A stretch of DNA of 48,255 nt from an uncultured Candidatus Saccharibacteria bacterium (lineage in GTDB: Bacteria > Patescibacteriota > Minisyncoccia > Minisyncoccales > UBA1441): the NCBI GenBank assembly GCA_964386365.1, contig CAYLQR010000014.1:1-48255 (forward strand), in the 5' to 3' direction. A model generated the notes under the pieces. That model had not been told where the DNA came from. It saw only the letters and a program-made list of their open reading frames with translations, and searched no databases. The translations under genes were made by a program, and so were the position numbers. This document shows positions 9,325 to 18,510 of the stretch, piece after piece (the stretch's first letter is position 1; each line of letters starts with the position of its first letter).

Positions 9325-10744
9325 ATATTATCTTTCAACAGCTATTGACTATATTAATGCTGCTCCTCATTTGGGGCACGCTTTGGAAAAAATCCAGGCT
9401 GATGTTTGGGCTCGTTATCAGAGAGCTCAAGAGAAAGAAGCTTTTTTGGTGACGGGAACAGATGAGAATGGTTTAAAGGTTGCCCAAGCAGCTGAGAAAG
9501 AGAAAAAGCCATTAGCTAAATTTGCGGCTGCCAAGAGTGACGAATTTAAAAAATTAGCCGAACTTCTTGATTTGTCTTTTGATAAGTTTATCCGGACTTC
9601 TCAAAAAGAAAATGAAAAAGGAGCTCAAAAGTTTTGGAAAAAAATTAAAGCTGACATTTATCAAAAGAAGTATCAAGGGCTTTACTGCGTAGGCTGCGAA
9701 AGTTTCTTGAAAGAAAAAGAATTAGTTGATGGTCTTTGTCCAATTCATAAGACTAAGCCTCAATTGATAGAAGAAAAAAATTACTTTTTCCGACTTTCTA
9801 AATACAAAAAAGAATTGAAGAAATTGATTGAAGAAGAGGAAATGAAAATTATTCCTTCTGTTTACAAAAATCAAGCCCTTGGCTTTTTAGAAGAAGGAAT
9901 AGAGGATATGTGTATTTCTCGATCGTCAGAAAGAGCTCGTAATTGGGGATTAAATGTTCCGGGAGATTCTTCTCAGAAAATCTGGTGCTGGTTTGATGCT
10001 TTAATCAGCTACTTAACTGCTATTGGCTATGGTCAAGATAATAGCCTGTTCCAATATTGGTGGAATCAGGAAAGTCAGAAGATTCATTTTATCGGGAAAG
10101 ATATTCTGAAATTCCACGTTATTTACTGGCCCGCTATGCTCTTAGCGGCCGGCTTGCCTTTGCCGAATATTATTTACGTTCATAGTTATTTGACGATTAA
10201 TAATCAAAAGATGTCGAAGAGCCAGGGAGTGACAATTAAACCGGAAGAACTAGTTAAAAAATATTCTTCTGATGCTCTTCGTTACTTCCTTTTAAGAGAA
10301 GTTTCTTTGAACAAAGACGGTAATTTTTCAGCTACTCGTTTTCAAGAGCGTTATCAGGACGATTTAGCCAATGGTTTAGGAAACTTAACGACTCGTCTTT
10401 TAGCTCTTCCCCAATTAGATAAGGAAGAAACGGCTTTCGTTAATCTAGAGGCAGAGGAAGCAGTCGAGGAAGAAGAAAAGAAGTATCATCAGGCAATGGC
10501 TGGTTTTAATTTTAATCAAGCCTTAGTAGCTATTTGGGAGTTGATTGCTTTTTGTGATCAGTCCCTTGATCAAGAAGAACCTTGGAAAGAGAAAGAAAAT
10601 AGTCAAGAGGTGATTAATGATCTTCGTTTGGTTTTAAAGAAGATAAGTCAGCTTTTGGTTCCTTTCTTGCCAGAAACAGCGGAAAAAATTCAAAAGCAAT
10701 TAAAAGAGAAAAAAGAAAAACTCATTCTTTTCCCTAAAATCTGA
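9311..10744 (+). CDS. metG: Methionyl-tRNA synthetase
   Basis: YINAAPHLGHALE (HIGH region), CxxC..C knuckle, KMSKSQG. An alternative TTG start lies at 9299. Confidence 0.9.
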   Translation: MEKNRYYLSTAIDYINAAPHLGHALEKIQADVWARYQRAQEKEAFLVTGTDENGLKVAQAAEKEKKPLAKFAAAKSDEFKKLAELLDLSFDKFIRTSQKENEKGAQKFWKKIKADIYQKKYQGLYCVGCESFLKEKELVDGLCPIHKTKPQLIEEKNYFFRLSKYKKELKKLIEEEEMKIIPSVYKNQALGFLEEGIEDMCISRSSERARNWGLNVPGDSSQKIWCWFDALISYLTAIGYGQDNSLFQYWWNQESQKIHFIGKDILKFHVIYWPAMLLAAGLPLPNIIYVHSYLTINNQKMSKSQGVTIKPEELVKKYSSDALRYFLLREVSLNKDGNFSATRFQERYQDDLANGLGNLTTRLLALPQLDKEETAFVNLEAEEAVEEEEKKYHQAMAGFNFNQALVAIWELIAFCDQSLDQEEPWKEKENSQEVINDLRLVLKKISQLLVPFLPETAEKIQKQLKEKKEKLILFPKI

Positions 10745-11586
10745 TGAATTTTTCTCTGATTGATACTCATGCTCATTTGAATTTGGCTGCCTTTGAGGAA
10801 GATCGGCAGGAAATTATTGAAGAATGTTTGAAAGAAAAGATTGGCGTGATTAATGTCGGGACAAATTATCAGACTTCTCTTAAAGCGGTAGAATTAGCAG
10901 AGAAGTATTCAACCGGACTCTGGGCCGCTATCGGGCTTCACCCCTTGCATTTAGGGGAATCAGAGGGAGATGATTGGGAAATTAAAGGAACGGAAGGAGA
11001 AATAATGACTGGCGAAGAATTTTTAGCTAGTCAATACATTTCTTTGTTTGAATCCTCTTCTCGAGTAGTGGCTATCGGGGAAATAGGTTTGGATTATAGC
11101 CGCTTGTCGTCATTAACTGAAAAAGCTTCTTTCGTTCAGGAAAAACAAAAAGAAGCTTTAATCAAACAAATGGATTTAGCTAGAGAACTTCAGCTTCCGG
11201 TAATTATTCATTGCCGAGAAGCTTTTCCTGATTTGATTAAGCTTTTTAAATCACTTAAAGATCTTGGCCGAGGGGGAGTTATCCACTGTTTCTCTGGCCA
11301 ATGGGAAGAAGCCCGCTTCTTTTTAGAAAAAGGTTTTTACCTGGGTCTTGACGGAGTTATCTTCAAAACCAATTTAGAAGAGGTAATTACTAAAGCTCCT
11401 TTAGAAAGAATCCTAGTGGAAACAGATTGTCCCTACCTTACTCCTCCTCAAAGAAAGGGAGAAAGAAATACTCCCCTGAACTTAAAATTTATTGTTCAAG
11501 AAGTAGCTTCCCTTCGGGGAAGAAGCTTCCAAGAAATAGCTCAAGCAACAACTGAAAACGCCCAGCGTCTTTTTCTCTTTGATTGA
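10744..11586 (+). CDS. tatD: TatD-family metal-dependent hydrolase/DNase
   Basis: IDTHAHLN, GEIGLDY, IIHCREAF, VETDCPYL motifs. Confidence 0.85.
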   Translation: MNFSLIDTHAHLNLAAFEEDRQEIIEECLKEKIGVINVGTNYQTSLKAVELAEKYSTGLWAAIGLHPLHLGESEGDDWEIKGTEGEIMTGEEFLASQYISLFESSSRVVAIGEIGLDYSRLSSLTEKASFVQEKQKEALIKQMDLARELQLPVIIHCREAFPDLIKLFKSLKDLGRGGVIHCFSGQWEEARFFLEKGFYLGLDGVIFKTNLEEVITKAPLERILVETDCPYLTPPQRKGERNTPLNLKFIVQEVASLRGRSFQEIAQATTENAQRLFLFD

Positions 11587-11598
11587 GAAAGAGGAGCC

Positions 11599-11823
11599 CT
11601 ATTCGGACTCCTCTAGTATACGAACACTCCCGATTTCCTCTAGCTCCCATTTTTCTGGCTTTTGAGAGAAATAAGTTAGCAAAAGCTTCGCTGCTTCTTC
11701 CTCGTTTTTCCCTCTAACTAGAAATTCAGCTAGAGAGGGATCTTCGCCTGACTTTGGATAATGCCAAGCACTTGCCAGAAAAACGTGAGGGAACGGAACC
11801 AATTCCAGCTTTTTCGTTTCCAC
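11599..11823 (-). CDS. Small hypothetical protein (74 aa from a GTG start)
   Basis: A GGAGG Shine-Dalgarno (11836-11832) sits 8 nt upstream of GTG 11823. The TTG at 11844 used by the ORF track lies upstream of the transcription start predicted from the consensus promoter at 11846-11873. Confidence 0.55.
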   Translation of the reverse strand: METKKLELVPFPHVFLASAWHYPKSGEDPSLAEFLVRGKNEEEAAKLLLTYFSQKPEKWELEEIGSVRILEESE

Positions 11824-11845
11824 TTGACTCACCTCCTTTTCCAAT

Positions 11846-11873
11846 ATTATAGAGCAAGGTTTCCCTTTGTCAA
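11846..11873 (-). promoter_or_regulatory. Consensus sigma70-type promoter TTGACA-N16-TATAAT for the 74 aa ORF
   Basis: On the minus strand, -35 TTGACA (11873-11868), a 16 nt spacer, then -10 TATAAT (11851-11846). This is the best match to consensus in the window. Confidence 0.5.
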
Positions 11874-11877
11874 TTCT

Positions 11878-11906
11878 TTGAAAGTTTCTTCTTTTTCGTT
11901 TATCAT
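11878..11906 (+). promoter_or_regulatory. Putative leuS promoter TTGAAA-N17-TATCAT
   Basis: -35 at 11878-11883 and -10 at 11901-11906. Only 9 nt separate the -10 from the ATG at 11916 and there is no SD, so a leaderless or near-leaderless mRNA is predicted. Confidence 0.4.
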
Positions 11907-11915
11907 TGTTCTACT

Positions 11916-14333
11916 ATGGAAAATTACTATCCTCGAGAAATAGAGGAAAAATGGCAGAAGATTTGGGAAGAAAAGAAAATTTATCAGCCAGCTGAAAAAG
12001 AAGCTGGTAAAGAAAATTTTTATCATTTGGTAATGTTCCCCTACACTTCGGGGAATCTTCATCTTGGCCATTGGTATAACTATTCGGGAGCTGATGTTTA
12101 TGCTCGCTATCAATTGCTCCAAGGGAAAAACGTTCTTTCCCCAATTGGCTTTGATAGTTTCGGTTTGCCAGCGGAGAACGCTGCTATTAAAAATAAAATT
12201 AATCCTCGGGATTGGACAGAAAAGAATATTGAAAGGATGGAGAAACAAATTAAAAGCATTGGAGCAATTTATGATTGGTCAAGAAAAGTAGTGACTTCTC
12301 ATCCTGATTATTATCGTTGGACTCAATGGCTTTTTCTCCAGTTTTACAAGCAGGGTTTGGTTTATCGGGCTAAGAAATGGGTTAATTGGTGTCCTTCTTG
12401 CCAGACTATCTTGGCTAATGAACAAGTAGTTGAAGGGAAATGTGAACGTTGTGGAGCTTCAGTGGTCAGAAAGCAAGTTGATCACTGGCTTTTTAGAATT
12501 ACTCGCTACGCCGAAGAATTATTGGAAGGACTAGAACAATTAGATTGGCCGGAAAGAACAAAGATGATGCAACGGAATTGGATTGGGAAGTCAGAAGGAA
12601 CCGAAGTTAATTTTCCTATAGCTGGTCAATCGTCTTCTTTTCTTGTTTTCACTACTCGAGCCGACACTATTTTTGGAGCTACTTATTTAGTTATTTCTCC
12701 GGAGCATCCTTTGTTGGAAAAAATACGGCCAGCAGTTAAAAACTGGCCAGAGGTTAAAGTCTATTTAGAAAAATCTCTTCAGGAAGACGTTACTCGGAAG
12801 GAGAACAAGAAAGAAGAAAAAACTGGGGTCAGACTGGAAGGAATTTCTGCTATTAATCCAGCTAGCGAAGAAGAAATTCCAATTTTTATAGCTGATTATG
12901 TTTTGATGGAGTATGGAACAGGAGCAATTATGGCTGTTCCCGCTCATGATCAAAGAGATTTTGAATTTGCTAAACTTTTTAATCTTCCTTTAAAAGAAGT
13001 GGTTAAATCACCAAGTGATTGGTCGGGAGAAAGGGTTTATACTGGAGAAGGAGAAATGATAAATTCTGGTCGTTTCGATGGGATGAATTCAGAAAAGGCC
13101 CGTTTAGAAATTCAAAAATGGTTAGAGAAAAAAGAAATTGGGAAAAGAGCTATCCATTATAAACTGAAAGATTGGAGTGTTTCTCGCCAACGTTATTGGG
13201 GAACGCCAATCCCCATAATTTATTGTTCTCGTGATGGTTGGCAGCCGGTACCAGAAAAAGACTTGCCAGTCCTTTTACCAGCCGTTGACGACTACCGGCC
13301 ACTTAAAGGAGGCCAATCTCCCTTAGCTCGTTCAGCTAGTTTTCGAGAAGTAACTTGTCCGGCTTGCGGCCGGCCAGCTCAACGGGAAACAGATACTCTT
13401 GATACTTTTGTTGATTCTTCTTGGTATTATCTTCGTTATGTTGATGCCCAAAACGATCGAGTAATCGCTGATCCAAAAAAAGTCAAAGCTTGGTTGCCAG
13501 TAGATATTTACATTGGAGGAGCTGAACATAGTGTCCTTCATCTTCTTTATGCTCGATTTTTTACTAAGGCAATGAGAGATCAAGGATTAATTGATTTCTC
13601 CGAACCGTTTTTAAGTTTGCGCCATCAAGGAACGATTCTTGGCCCAGATGGCTCTAAAATGTCTAAATCTCGAGGAAATGTTGTTGACCCAGACGCTTTA
13701 GTCGAAAAATATGGAGCCGATTCTGTCCGAAGTTACCTTTGTTTTACCGGTCCTTTTAGTCAAGGAGGGACTTGGAAATTATCTGGCTTAAAAGGGATGG
13801 TTCGTTTTTTGGGAAGAATCTGGAAACTTCAGGAAAAGGTAGAGGTTTCTGGGAAACTTTCCGAGATTAGTCAAAAACAATTTCAGCAGACAATTAAGAA
13901 AGTCGGAGAAGATATTGAGCGTTTTCATTTTAATACGGCTTTAAGCTCTCTGATGATTTTGCTGCGGACTTGGGAGAAAGAAGAAAAAATTCCAGTTAAA
14001 GAATATCTCCAATTGCTTCAATTGATTGCTCCTTTTGCTCCTCATTTGGCTGAAGAGCTTTACCAACAATACAAGGAAGAAAATGTTTCCTCAATTTTTA
14101 AAACTATTTGGCCAACTTATCAGCCAGAGATGACAGCCGAAAATTCCTTTACTCTCATTGTCCAGATTAATGGACGAGTAAGAGATCAATTAGAAGTAAC
14201 GACTGGAATTAAAAAAGAAGAAGCCCAGACTCAAGCTCTTCAATGTTTGAAAGTTCAAGCTTTCTTAAAAGGAAAGGAAATTAAAAAAGTTGTTTTTGTC
14301 CCCGACAAATTAATTAACTTTGTTGTAAAATAA
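11916..14333 (+). CDS. leuS: Leucyl-tRNA synthetase
   Basis: PYTSGNLHLGHWYNY (HIGH), CPSCQT..CERCG zinc knuckle, editing domain, KMSKSRGN. Confidence 0.95.
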   Translation: MENYYPREIEEKWQKIWEEKKIYQPAEKEAGKENFYHLVMFPYTSGNLHLGHWYNYSGADVYARYQLLQGKNVLSPIGFDSFGLPAENAAIKNKINPRDWTEKNIERMEKQIKSIGAIYDWSRKVVTSHPDYYRWTQWLFLQFYKQGLVYRAKKWVNWCPSCQTILANEQVVEGKCERCGASVVRKQVDHWLFRITRYAEELLEGLEQLDWPERTKMMQRNWIGKSEGTEVNFPIAGQSSSFLVFTTRADTIFGATYLVISPEHPLLEKIRPAVKNWPEVKVYLEKSLQEDVTRKENKKEEKTGVRLEGISAINPASEEEIPIFIADYVLMEYGTGAIMAVPAHDQRDFEFAKLFNLPLKEVVKSPSDWSGERVYTGEGEMINSGRFDGMNSEKARLEIQKWLEKKEIGKRAIHYKLKDWSVSRQRYWGTPIPIIYCSRDGWQPVPEKDLPVLLPAVDDYRPLKGGQSPLARSASFREVTCPACGRPAQRETDTLDTFVDSSWYYLRYVDAQNDRVIADPKKVKAWLPVDIYIGGAEHSVLHLLYARFFTKAMRDQGLIDFSEPFLSLRHQGTILGPDGSKMSKSRGNVVDPDALVEKYGADSVRSYLCFTGPFSQGGTWKLSGLKGMVRFLGRIWKLQEKVEVSGKLSEISQKQFQQTIKKVGEDIERFHFNTALSSLMILLRTWEKEEKIPVKEYLQLLQLIAPFAPHLAEELYQQYKEENVSSIFKTIWPTYQPEMTAENSFTLIVQINGRVRDQLEVTTGIKKEEAQTQALQCLKVQAFLKGKEIKKVVFVPDKLINFVVK

Positions 14334-14445
14334 AAATAGATTCAAAAGAAGACAACTTTTCTTAAGAAGATTATAGCAGTTTTCCCTAGGGTATGAACTT
14401 TCTATATTGCTCAACTAGGAAATTATTATGTTGTTACGACAGAAT

Positions 14446-14473
14446 TTGATTTTCTTTTGTGATTTGGTATCAT
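14446..14473 (+). promoter_or_regulatory. Putative promoter of TA cassette 1, TTGATT-N16-(TGg)TATCAT
   Basis: -35 at 14446-14451 and an extended -10 TGgTATCAT ending at 14473. The ATG at 14483 is 9 nt downstream with no SD. Confidence 0.4.
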
Positions 14474-14482
14474 AAATTTGAT

Positions 14483-14677
14483 ATGGCTCAAGTAATAAAA
14501 CAAACCAACGGTAAGGTGCTTTTGGATAGGGATTACTTAGAAACCCTGCGAAGAAAAGCCTCATTTTCTGAGGAAATTTTGGCTTTTATCGAAGATAGAT
14601 ATTTTGGCTATTTAATGGAAAAAACAGAGGAAGAAAAAAATATTCCTCTCTCTCAAGCAAAAAAAGCCTTGAAATAA
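14483..14677 (+). CDS. Putative antitoxin of TA cassette 1 (family not recognised)
   Basis: A 64 aa acidic protein immediately upstream of a RelE/ParE toxin. The ATG at 14483 is preferred over the GTG at 14459, which would lie inside the promoter. Confidence 0.5.
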   Translation: MAQVIKQTNGKVLLDRDYLETLRRKASFSEEILAFIEDRYFGYLMEKTEEEKNIPLSQAKKALK

Positions 14678-14693
14678 AAGGCGGAAATCATCA

Positions 14694-14966
14694 ATGGAGA
14701 CTTTCTTCAAAAGAAGGTTTATAAAAGATTTTAAAAAGCTCCCGAAAGACATAAAAAAAGATGTGAGGGAGCTTTGTTTTTTAATTACTCCGAAAGCTGA
14801 AAATCTTAATGATTTAGAAAAAGATTCTCTTAAGAAAATAAAAGGATTTAAGAATTATTACAGAGTCAGAATTGGAGACTACAGAATCGGCTTCAAAAAA
14901 GTGAAAAATCAAATTATTTTTATGAGAGTTTTGCACAGAAAAGATATTTACAAGCTTTTTCCATAA
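14694..14966 (+). CDS. RelE/ParE-family type II toxin
   Basis: F.KDFKKLPKDIKK.., then YRVRIGDYRIGFKK.. and IIFMRVLHRKDIY, the typical RelE/ParE core. Confidence 0.8.
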   Translation: METFFKRRFIKDFKKLPKDIKKDVRELCFLITPKAENLNDLEKDSLKKIKGFKNYYRVRIGDYRIGFKKVKNQIIFMRVLHRKDIYKLFP

Positions 14967-14967
14967 A

Positions 14968-16800
14968 ATGTGCGGTATTATTGGCTATGTTGGGAAAAGG
15001 GAGGCTCTCCCTCTTCTTTTGGATGGCTTAAAACGTTTAGAATATCGGGGTTATGATTCGGCTGGCGTTTGTCTTCTTAATCCTAAGGCTCAAGTGGTTA
15101 AGACAAAGGGAGGGGTTGATGATTTGAGAAGAAAACTTCAGGGCCGCAATCTTCAAGGAAAGACAGCTCTTGGCCATAATCGTTGGGCTGTTTATGGAGA
15201 GCCATCAGAAGTTAATGCTCATCCCCATTGGGATTGCCAGAAGAAAATTTTTGTTGTTCATAACGGTATTATTGAAAACTATAATTTTCTGAAAGAAAAA
15301 TTAATTGAGCGCGGTCATAAATTTATTTCTGAAACTGATACGGAAGTTATTGCTCATCTTATTGAAGAAGTTCTTAAACAAAAAAAAGTTCCTTTAGAAT
15401 TAGCTGTTCAAAAAACTTTAAGGTGGCTTAAAGGAACTTACGGTTTAGCGGTTGTTTCAGAAGATGAACCTCAAAAAATAGTCGTTGCTAGAAATTCTTC
15501 CCCAGTTCTTTTAGGTTTGGGAGAAGGAGAAAACTTTGTTGCTTCAGACGCAGCTGCTCTTGTTGCCCAGACTAAAAAAATTATCTATTTAGAAGATAGA
15601 GAAATGGCTGTCCTTACTCCTGAAGATTATCAAATATTTGATCGGGAGAATAATCTTTTGACTAAAGAAACGAAGTTTATTGATTGGGATTTAGCTGAAG
15701 CTCAAAAAGGAGGCTATCCCCATTTCATGCTGAAAGAGATTTTTGAGCAGCCTCAAGCTTTAATGAATTCTCTCCAAGGAAGATTGGTGATTGAAGAAGG
15801 CTTAGCAAAATTAGGGGGATTAGAAGAGGGTGCTGATCTTCTTGCCCAGATTAAAAAATTAGTGATTGTCGCCTGCGGAACTTCTTATTTCGCTGGCTTG
15901 GTGGGGAAATACATGATTGAAGAGGCGGCTTCTCTTCCAGTGGAAGTGGTTTATGGTTCAGAATTTCGCTATCATCCTCCAGTAATTGACAAAGAAACAG
16001 CTGTTTTAGCTATTTCTCAATCTGGAGAAACAGCTGATACTTTAGCTGGTTTAAGAGAAGCAAAAAGAAAAGGAGGGCTTACTCTAGGGATTATTAATGT
16101 TGTTGGTTCAACTATTGCTCGAGAGGTAGAGGCTGGCCTCTATAATCACATTGGTCCGGAAATTGGGGTAGCTTCAACAAAAGCTTTTACTTCTCAATTA
16201 TTAATTTTAGCTCTCTTAGCTCTTTTCCTTGGACGCCAGCGAGGGCTCAGCTTATTAGAGGGTCAGCGGTTGGCTAAAGGAATCCAGGCTCTCCCTTCTT
16301 TAGCTGAAGAAACTCTTAAAGAAGCAAAAAAAATTCAGGAAATTGCTGAAAAGTATAAAAGAGCAGAAAATGCTCTTTACTTGGGAAGAAAATTTAATTA
16401 CCCAATTGCTTTAGAGGGAGCTTTAAAATTAAAGGAGGTTTCTTATCTCCACGCCGAAGGCTATCCAGCCGGAGAGATGAAACATGGACCAATTGCTTTA
16501 ATCGATAAAAATTTTCCAACAGTTGCCATCTGTTTAAAAGATAGTGTTTATCCGAAGATGCTTTCTAATTTGGAAGAAATTAAAAGTCGGAAGGGGCCGA
16601 TTATTGTTTTAGCAAGCCAAGGAGATGAAGAAATTAAGAAATTGACGGAAGAAGTCATTTTTCTTCCTCCAGTCCAAGAAATACTTTCTCCTATTTTAGC
16701 AGTTATCCCTCTTCAGCTTCTCGCTTATTATCTAGGAGTGGCTCGAGGATACAACGTTGATCGGCCAAGAAACTTAGCCAAATCAGTAGTAGTTGAATAA
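14968..16800 (+). CDS. glmS: Glutamine--fructose-6-phosphate aminotransferase
   Basis: MCGIIGYVG N-terminal nucleophile, two SIS domains, C-terminal ..LAKSVVVE. The start is 1 nt after the toxin stop. Confidence 0.95.
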   Translation: MCGIIGYVGKREALPLLLDGLKRLEYRGYDSAGVCLLNPKAQVVKTKGGVDDLRRKLQGRNLQGKTALGHNRWAVYGEPSEVNAHPHWDCQKKIFVVHNGIIENYNFLKEKLIERGHKFISETDTEVIAHLIEEVLKQKKVPLELAVQKTLRWLKGTYGLAVVSEDEPQKIVVARNSSPVLLGLGEGENFVASDAAALVAQTKKIIYLEDREMAVLTPEDYQIFDRENNLLTKETKFIDWDLAEAQKGGYPHFMLKEIFEQPQALMNSLQGRLVIEEGLAKLGGLEEGADLLAQIKKLVIVACGTSYFAGLVGKYMIEEAASLPVEVVYGSEFRYHPPVIDKETAVLAISQSGETADTLAGLREAKRKGGLTLGIINVVGSTIAREVEAGLYNHIGPEIGVASTKAFTSQLLILALLALFLGRQRGLSLLEGQRLAKGIQALPSLAEETLKEAKKIQEIAEKYKRAENALYLGRKFNYPIALEGALKLKEVSYLHAEGYPAGEMKHGPIALIDKNFPTVAICLKDSVYPKMLSNLEEIKSRKGPIIVLASQGDEEIKKLTEEVIFLPPVQEILSPILAVIPLQLLAYYLGVARGYNVDRPRNLAKSVVVE

Positions 16801-16810
16801 TCCTCCAGTT

Positions 16811-16838
16811 TTGGAGGAAAGAAAAATTCTGCTATACT
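16811..16838 (+). promoter_or_regulatory. Putative promoter TTGGAG-N16-TATACT for the OFOR operon
   Basis: -35 at 16811-16816 and -10 at 16833-16838, followed by a 31 nt leader with a weak SD. Confidence 0.35.
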
Positions 16839-16869
16839 CAATTAATTACTTTGTTTATCTAACAGAAAG

Positions 16870-18510
16870 ATGAGAAAAACAATTTTGGTTGGCGGCCAGG
16901 CCGGTCAAGGAGTAAACAAGACTTCTTCTTTAATCGGCCAGGTTTTTAACAATCTCGGCTATTACGTTTTTATCTATCGAGATTATCCTTCATTGATTCA
17001 AGGAGGCCATAATTTTAACGTCCTTACAATTTCTGATAAGCCAGTTTTTTCTCACCGCCGTTCTCTAGAAGTAATTATTGCTTTGGATGATTTAACAATT
17101 GAAAAACATGCTTCTGATCTTCAGCCGGAAGGATTTATTTTGGGAAGCGCTAAACGGAAAAAGCATCCACATTTAATTTCTATCGACATGGATTCTGTTT
17201 CTCTTCCCTCAACGACGATTGGAAGAGAAAACAATGTTTTAGTCGGAGGGTTAATGAAATTATGGGGGCTTCCTTTAGAGGCTGGTTTTCAGGCGGCTAA
17301 AGAAGAATTTTCAAAAACAGAAAAAATTGAAGAAGCCCTAGACGAGGGATGGCAAATGGTAGCCCAAAGAGAAAAAATTCCTTCTATTCGTCAAGCTAAA
17401 GAAACTTATTTCTTTACTGGGACAGAAGGCGTCAGCCAGGGAGCGATCGCCGCTGGCTTGGATGTTTATTTTGCTTATCCAATGACTCCAGCGACAGGAG
17501 TTCTTCATCAATTAGCGGCTCAGCAAAGAGAATATGATTTCTTGGTAGCTCAACTAGAGAATGAAATTGCTGTTGTTAACGCCGCTTTGGGAGCAAGTTT
17601 TACTGGAGCTCGGAGCATGGTAGGAACTTCTGGTGGAGGCTTTGCTTTGATGAGCGAAGGTTTAAGTTTGGCCGGAATGACTGAATTGCCTTTAGTAGTT
17701 TATCTTGCTCAGAGAACGGCCCCGGCTACTGGTGTCCCGACTTATACCAGTCAGGGAGATTTGAAATTCGCTCTTAATGTTGGTCATGGCGAATTTCCTC
17801 GGATAGTAGTTGCTCCAGGAGAAGCGGAAGAGGCTTTCCAAAGAACAATTGAAGCTTTTTATCTTTCTCAAAAATATCGGCTTCTTTCTATCATTTTAGG
17901 CGATAAGCATTTAGCCGAAAGCTACTTTAGCTTTGATCGGATTAATCCTCCCCGAGTAAAAATGGAAAGGTTTTTAACGGAAGAAGATCAGTCAGGAGAT
18001 AAGAGTTATCAAATTACTCCTCAAGGGATTTCCCCTCGTCTTATTCCCGGAGAGGGAGCTTTCGTTAGAGCGAGTGGCTATGAGCATGACGAAGAAGGTT
18101 TTACTATTGAAGATGGAGAAGGAACTCGAAAAATGAATGATAAGCGTTGGGCAAAACTCCCAGCTCTTCGAAAGGAAATTGACCGGCTCCAACCGGTTAA
18201 AACCTATGGCCGGGGAAAGAATCTTATCATTGGTTGGGGTTCGACAAAGGGAGCGATTCTGGATAGTTTGGTCGATCTTCCTGACTATCGATTTTTACAA
18301 ATAAGTTATCTTTCTCCTTTCCCGATTTCTCAAGTAGCGGCTGAAATGGAAAAGGCGAAGAAAATAATTTTAGTGGAAAATAATGTTACTGGTCTTCTAG
18401 GCCAGGTGATTAGAGAGCAAACGGGGTTTGTTATTGAAAAACAAATTTTGAAGTATGATGGCCGTCCCTTTACTCCAGAGGAGATTATTCAAAGAGTTAA
18501 GGAATTATGA
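16870..18510 (+). CDS. 2-oxoacid:ferredoxin oxidoreductase, fused gamma-alpha subunit
   Basis: N-terminal gamma-type domain (ILVGGQAGQGVNKTSSLIG) followed by an alpha domain (GAIAAGLDVYFAYPMTPAT, GTSGGGFALM). Confidence 0.85.
   Translation: MRKTILVGGQAGQGVNKTSSLIGQVFNNLGYYVFIYRDYPSLIQGGHNFNVLTISDKPVFSHRRSLEVIIALDDLTIEKHASDLQPEGFILGSAKRKKHPHLISIDMDSVSLPSTTIGRENNVLVGGLMKLWGLPLEAGFQAAKEEFSKTEKIEEALDEGWQMVAQREKIPSIRQAKETYFFTGTEGVSQGAIAAGLDVYFAYPMTPATGVLHQLAAQQREYDFLVAQLENEIAVVNAALGASFTGARSMVGTSGGGFALMSEGLSLAGMTELPLVVYLAQRTAPATGVPTYTSQGDLKFALNVGHGEFPRIVVAPGEAEEAFQRTIEAFYLSQKYRLLSIILGDKHLAESYFSFDRINPPRVKMERFLTEEDQSGDKSYQITPQGISPRLIPGEGAFVRASGYEHDEEGFTIEDGEGTRKMNDKRWAKLPALRKEIDRLQPVKTYGRGKNLIIGWGSTKGAILDSLVDLPDYRFLQISYLSPFPISQVAAEMEKAKKIILVENNVTGLLGQVIREQTGFVIEKQILKYDGRPFTPEEIIQRVKEL

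Noticed and set aside
11847-12248. 133 aa and 76 aa minus-strand ORFs, plus the 60 aa plus-strand ORF at 11761-11943, around the leuS 5' end.
   Set aside because: They overlap the conserved leuS N-terminus or the promoter region. They have no SD and no motifs, so they are regarded as spurious.
14334-14968. Looked for a glmS ribozyme upstream of glmS and for T-box leaders upstream of leuS, metG, hisS and glyQS.
   Set aside because: The intergenic spaces are far too short (1-70 nt) or are occupied by the TA cassette. No specifier or T-box-like sequences were seen.
16801-16818. Hairpin TCCTCCA-gttt-TGGAGGA right after the glmS stop, as a possible terminator.
   Set aside because: The stem is only 7 bp and is followed by an A-rich rather than U-rich tract. 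It also overlaps the putative -35 of the OFOR promoter. It is too weak to call.
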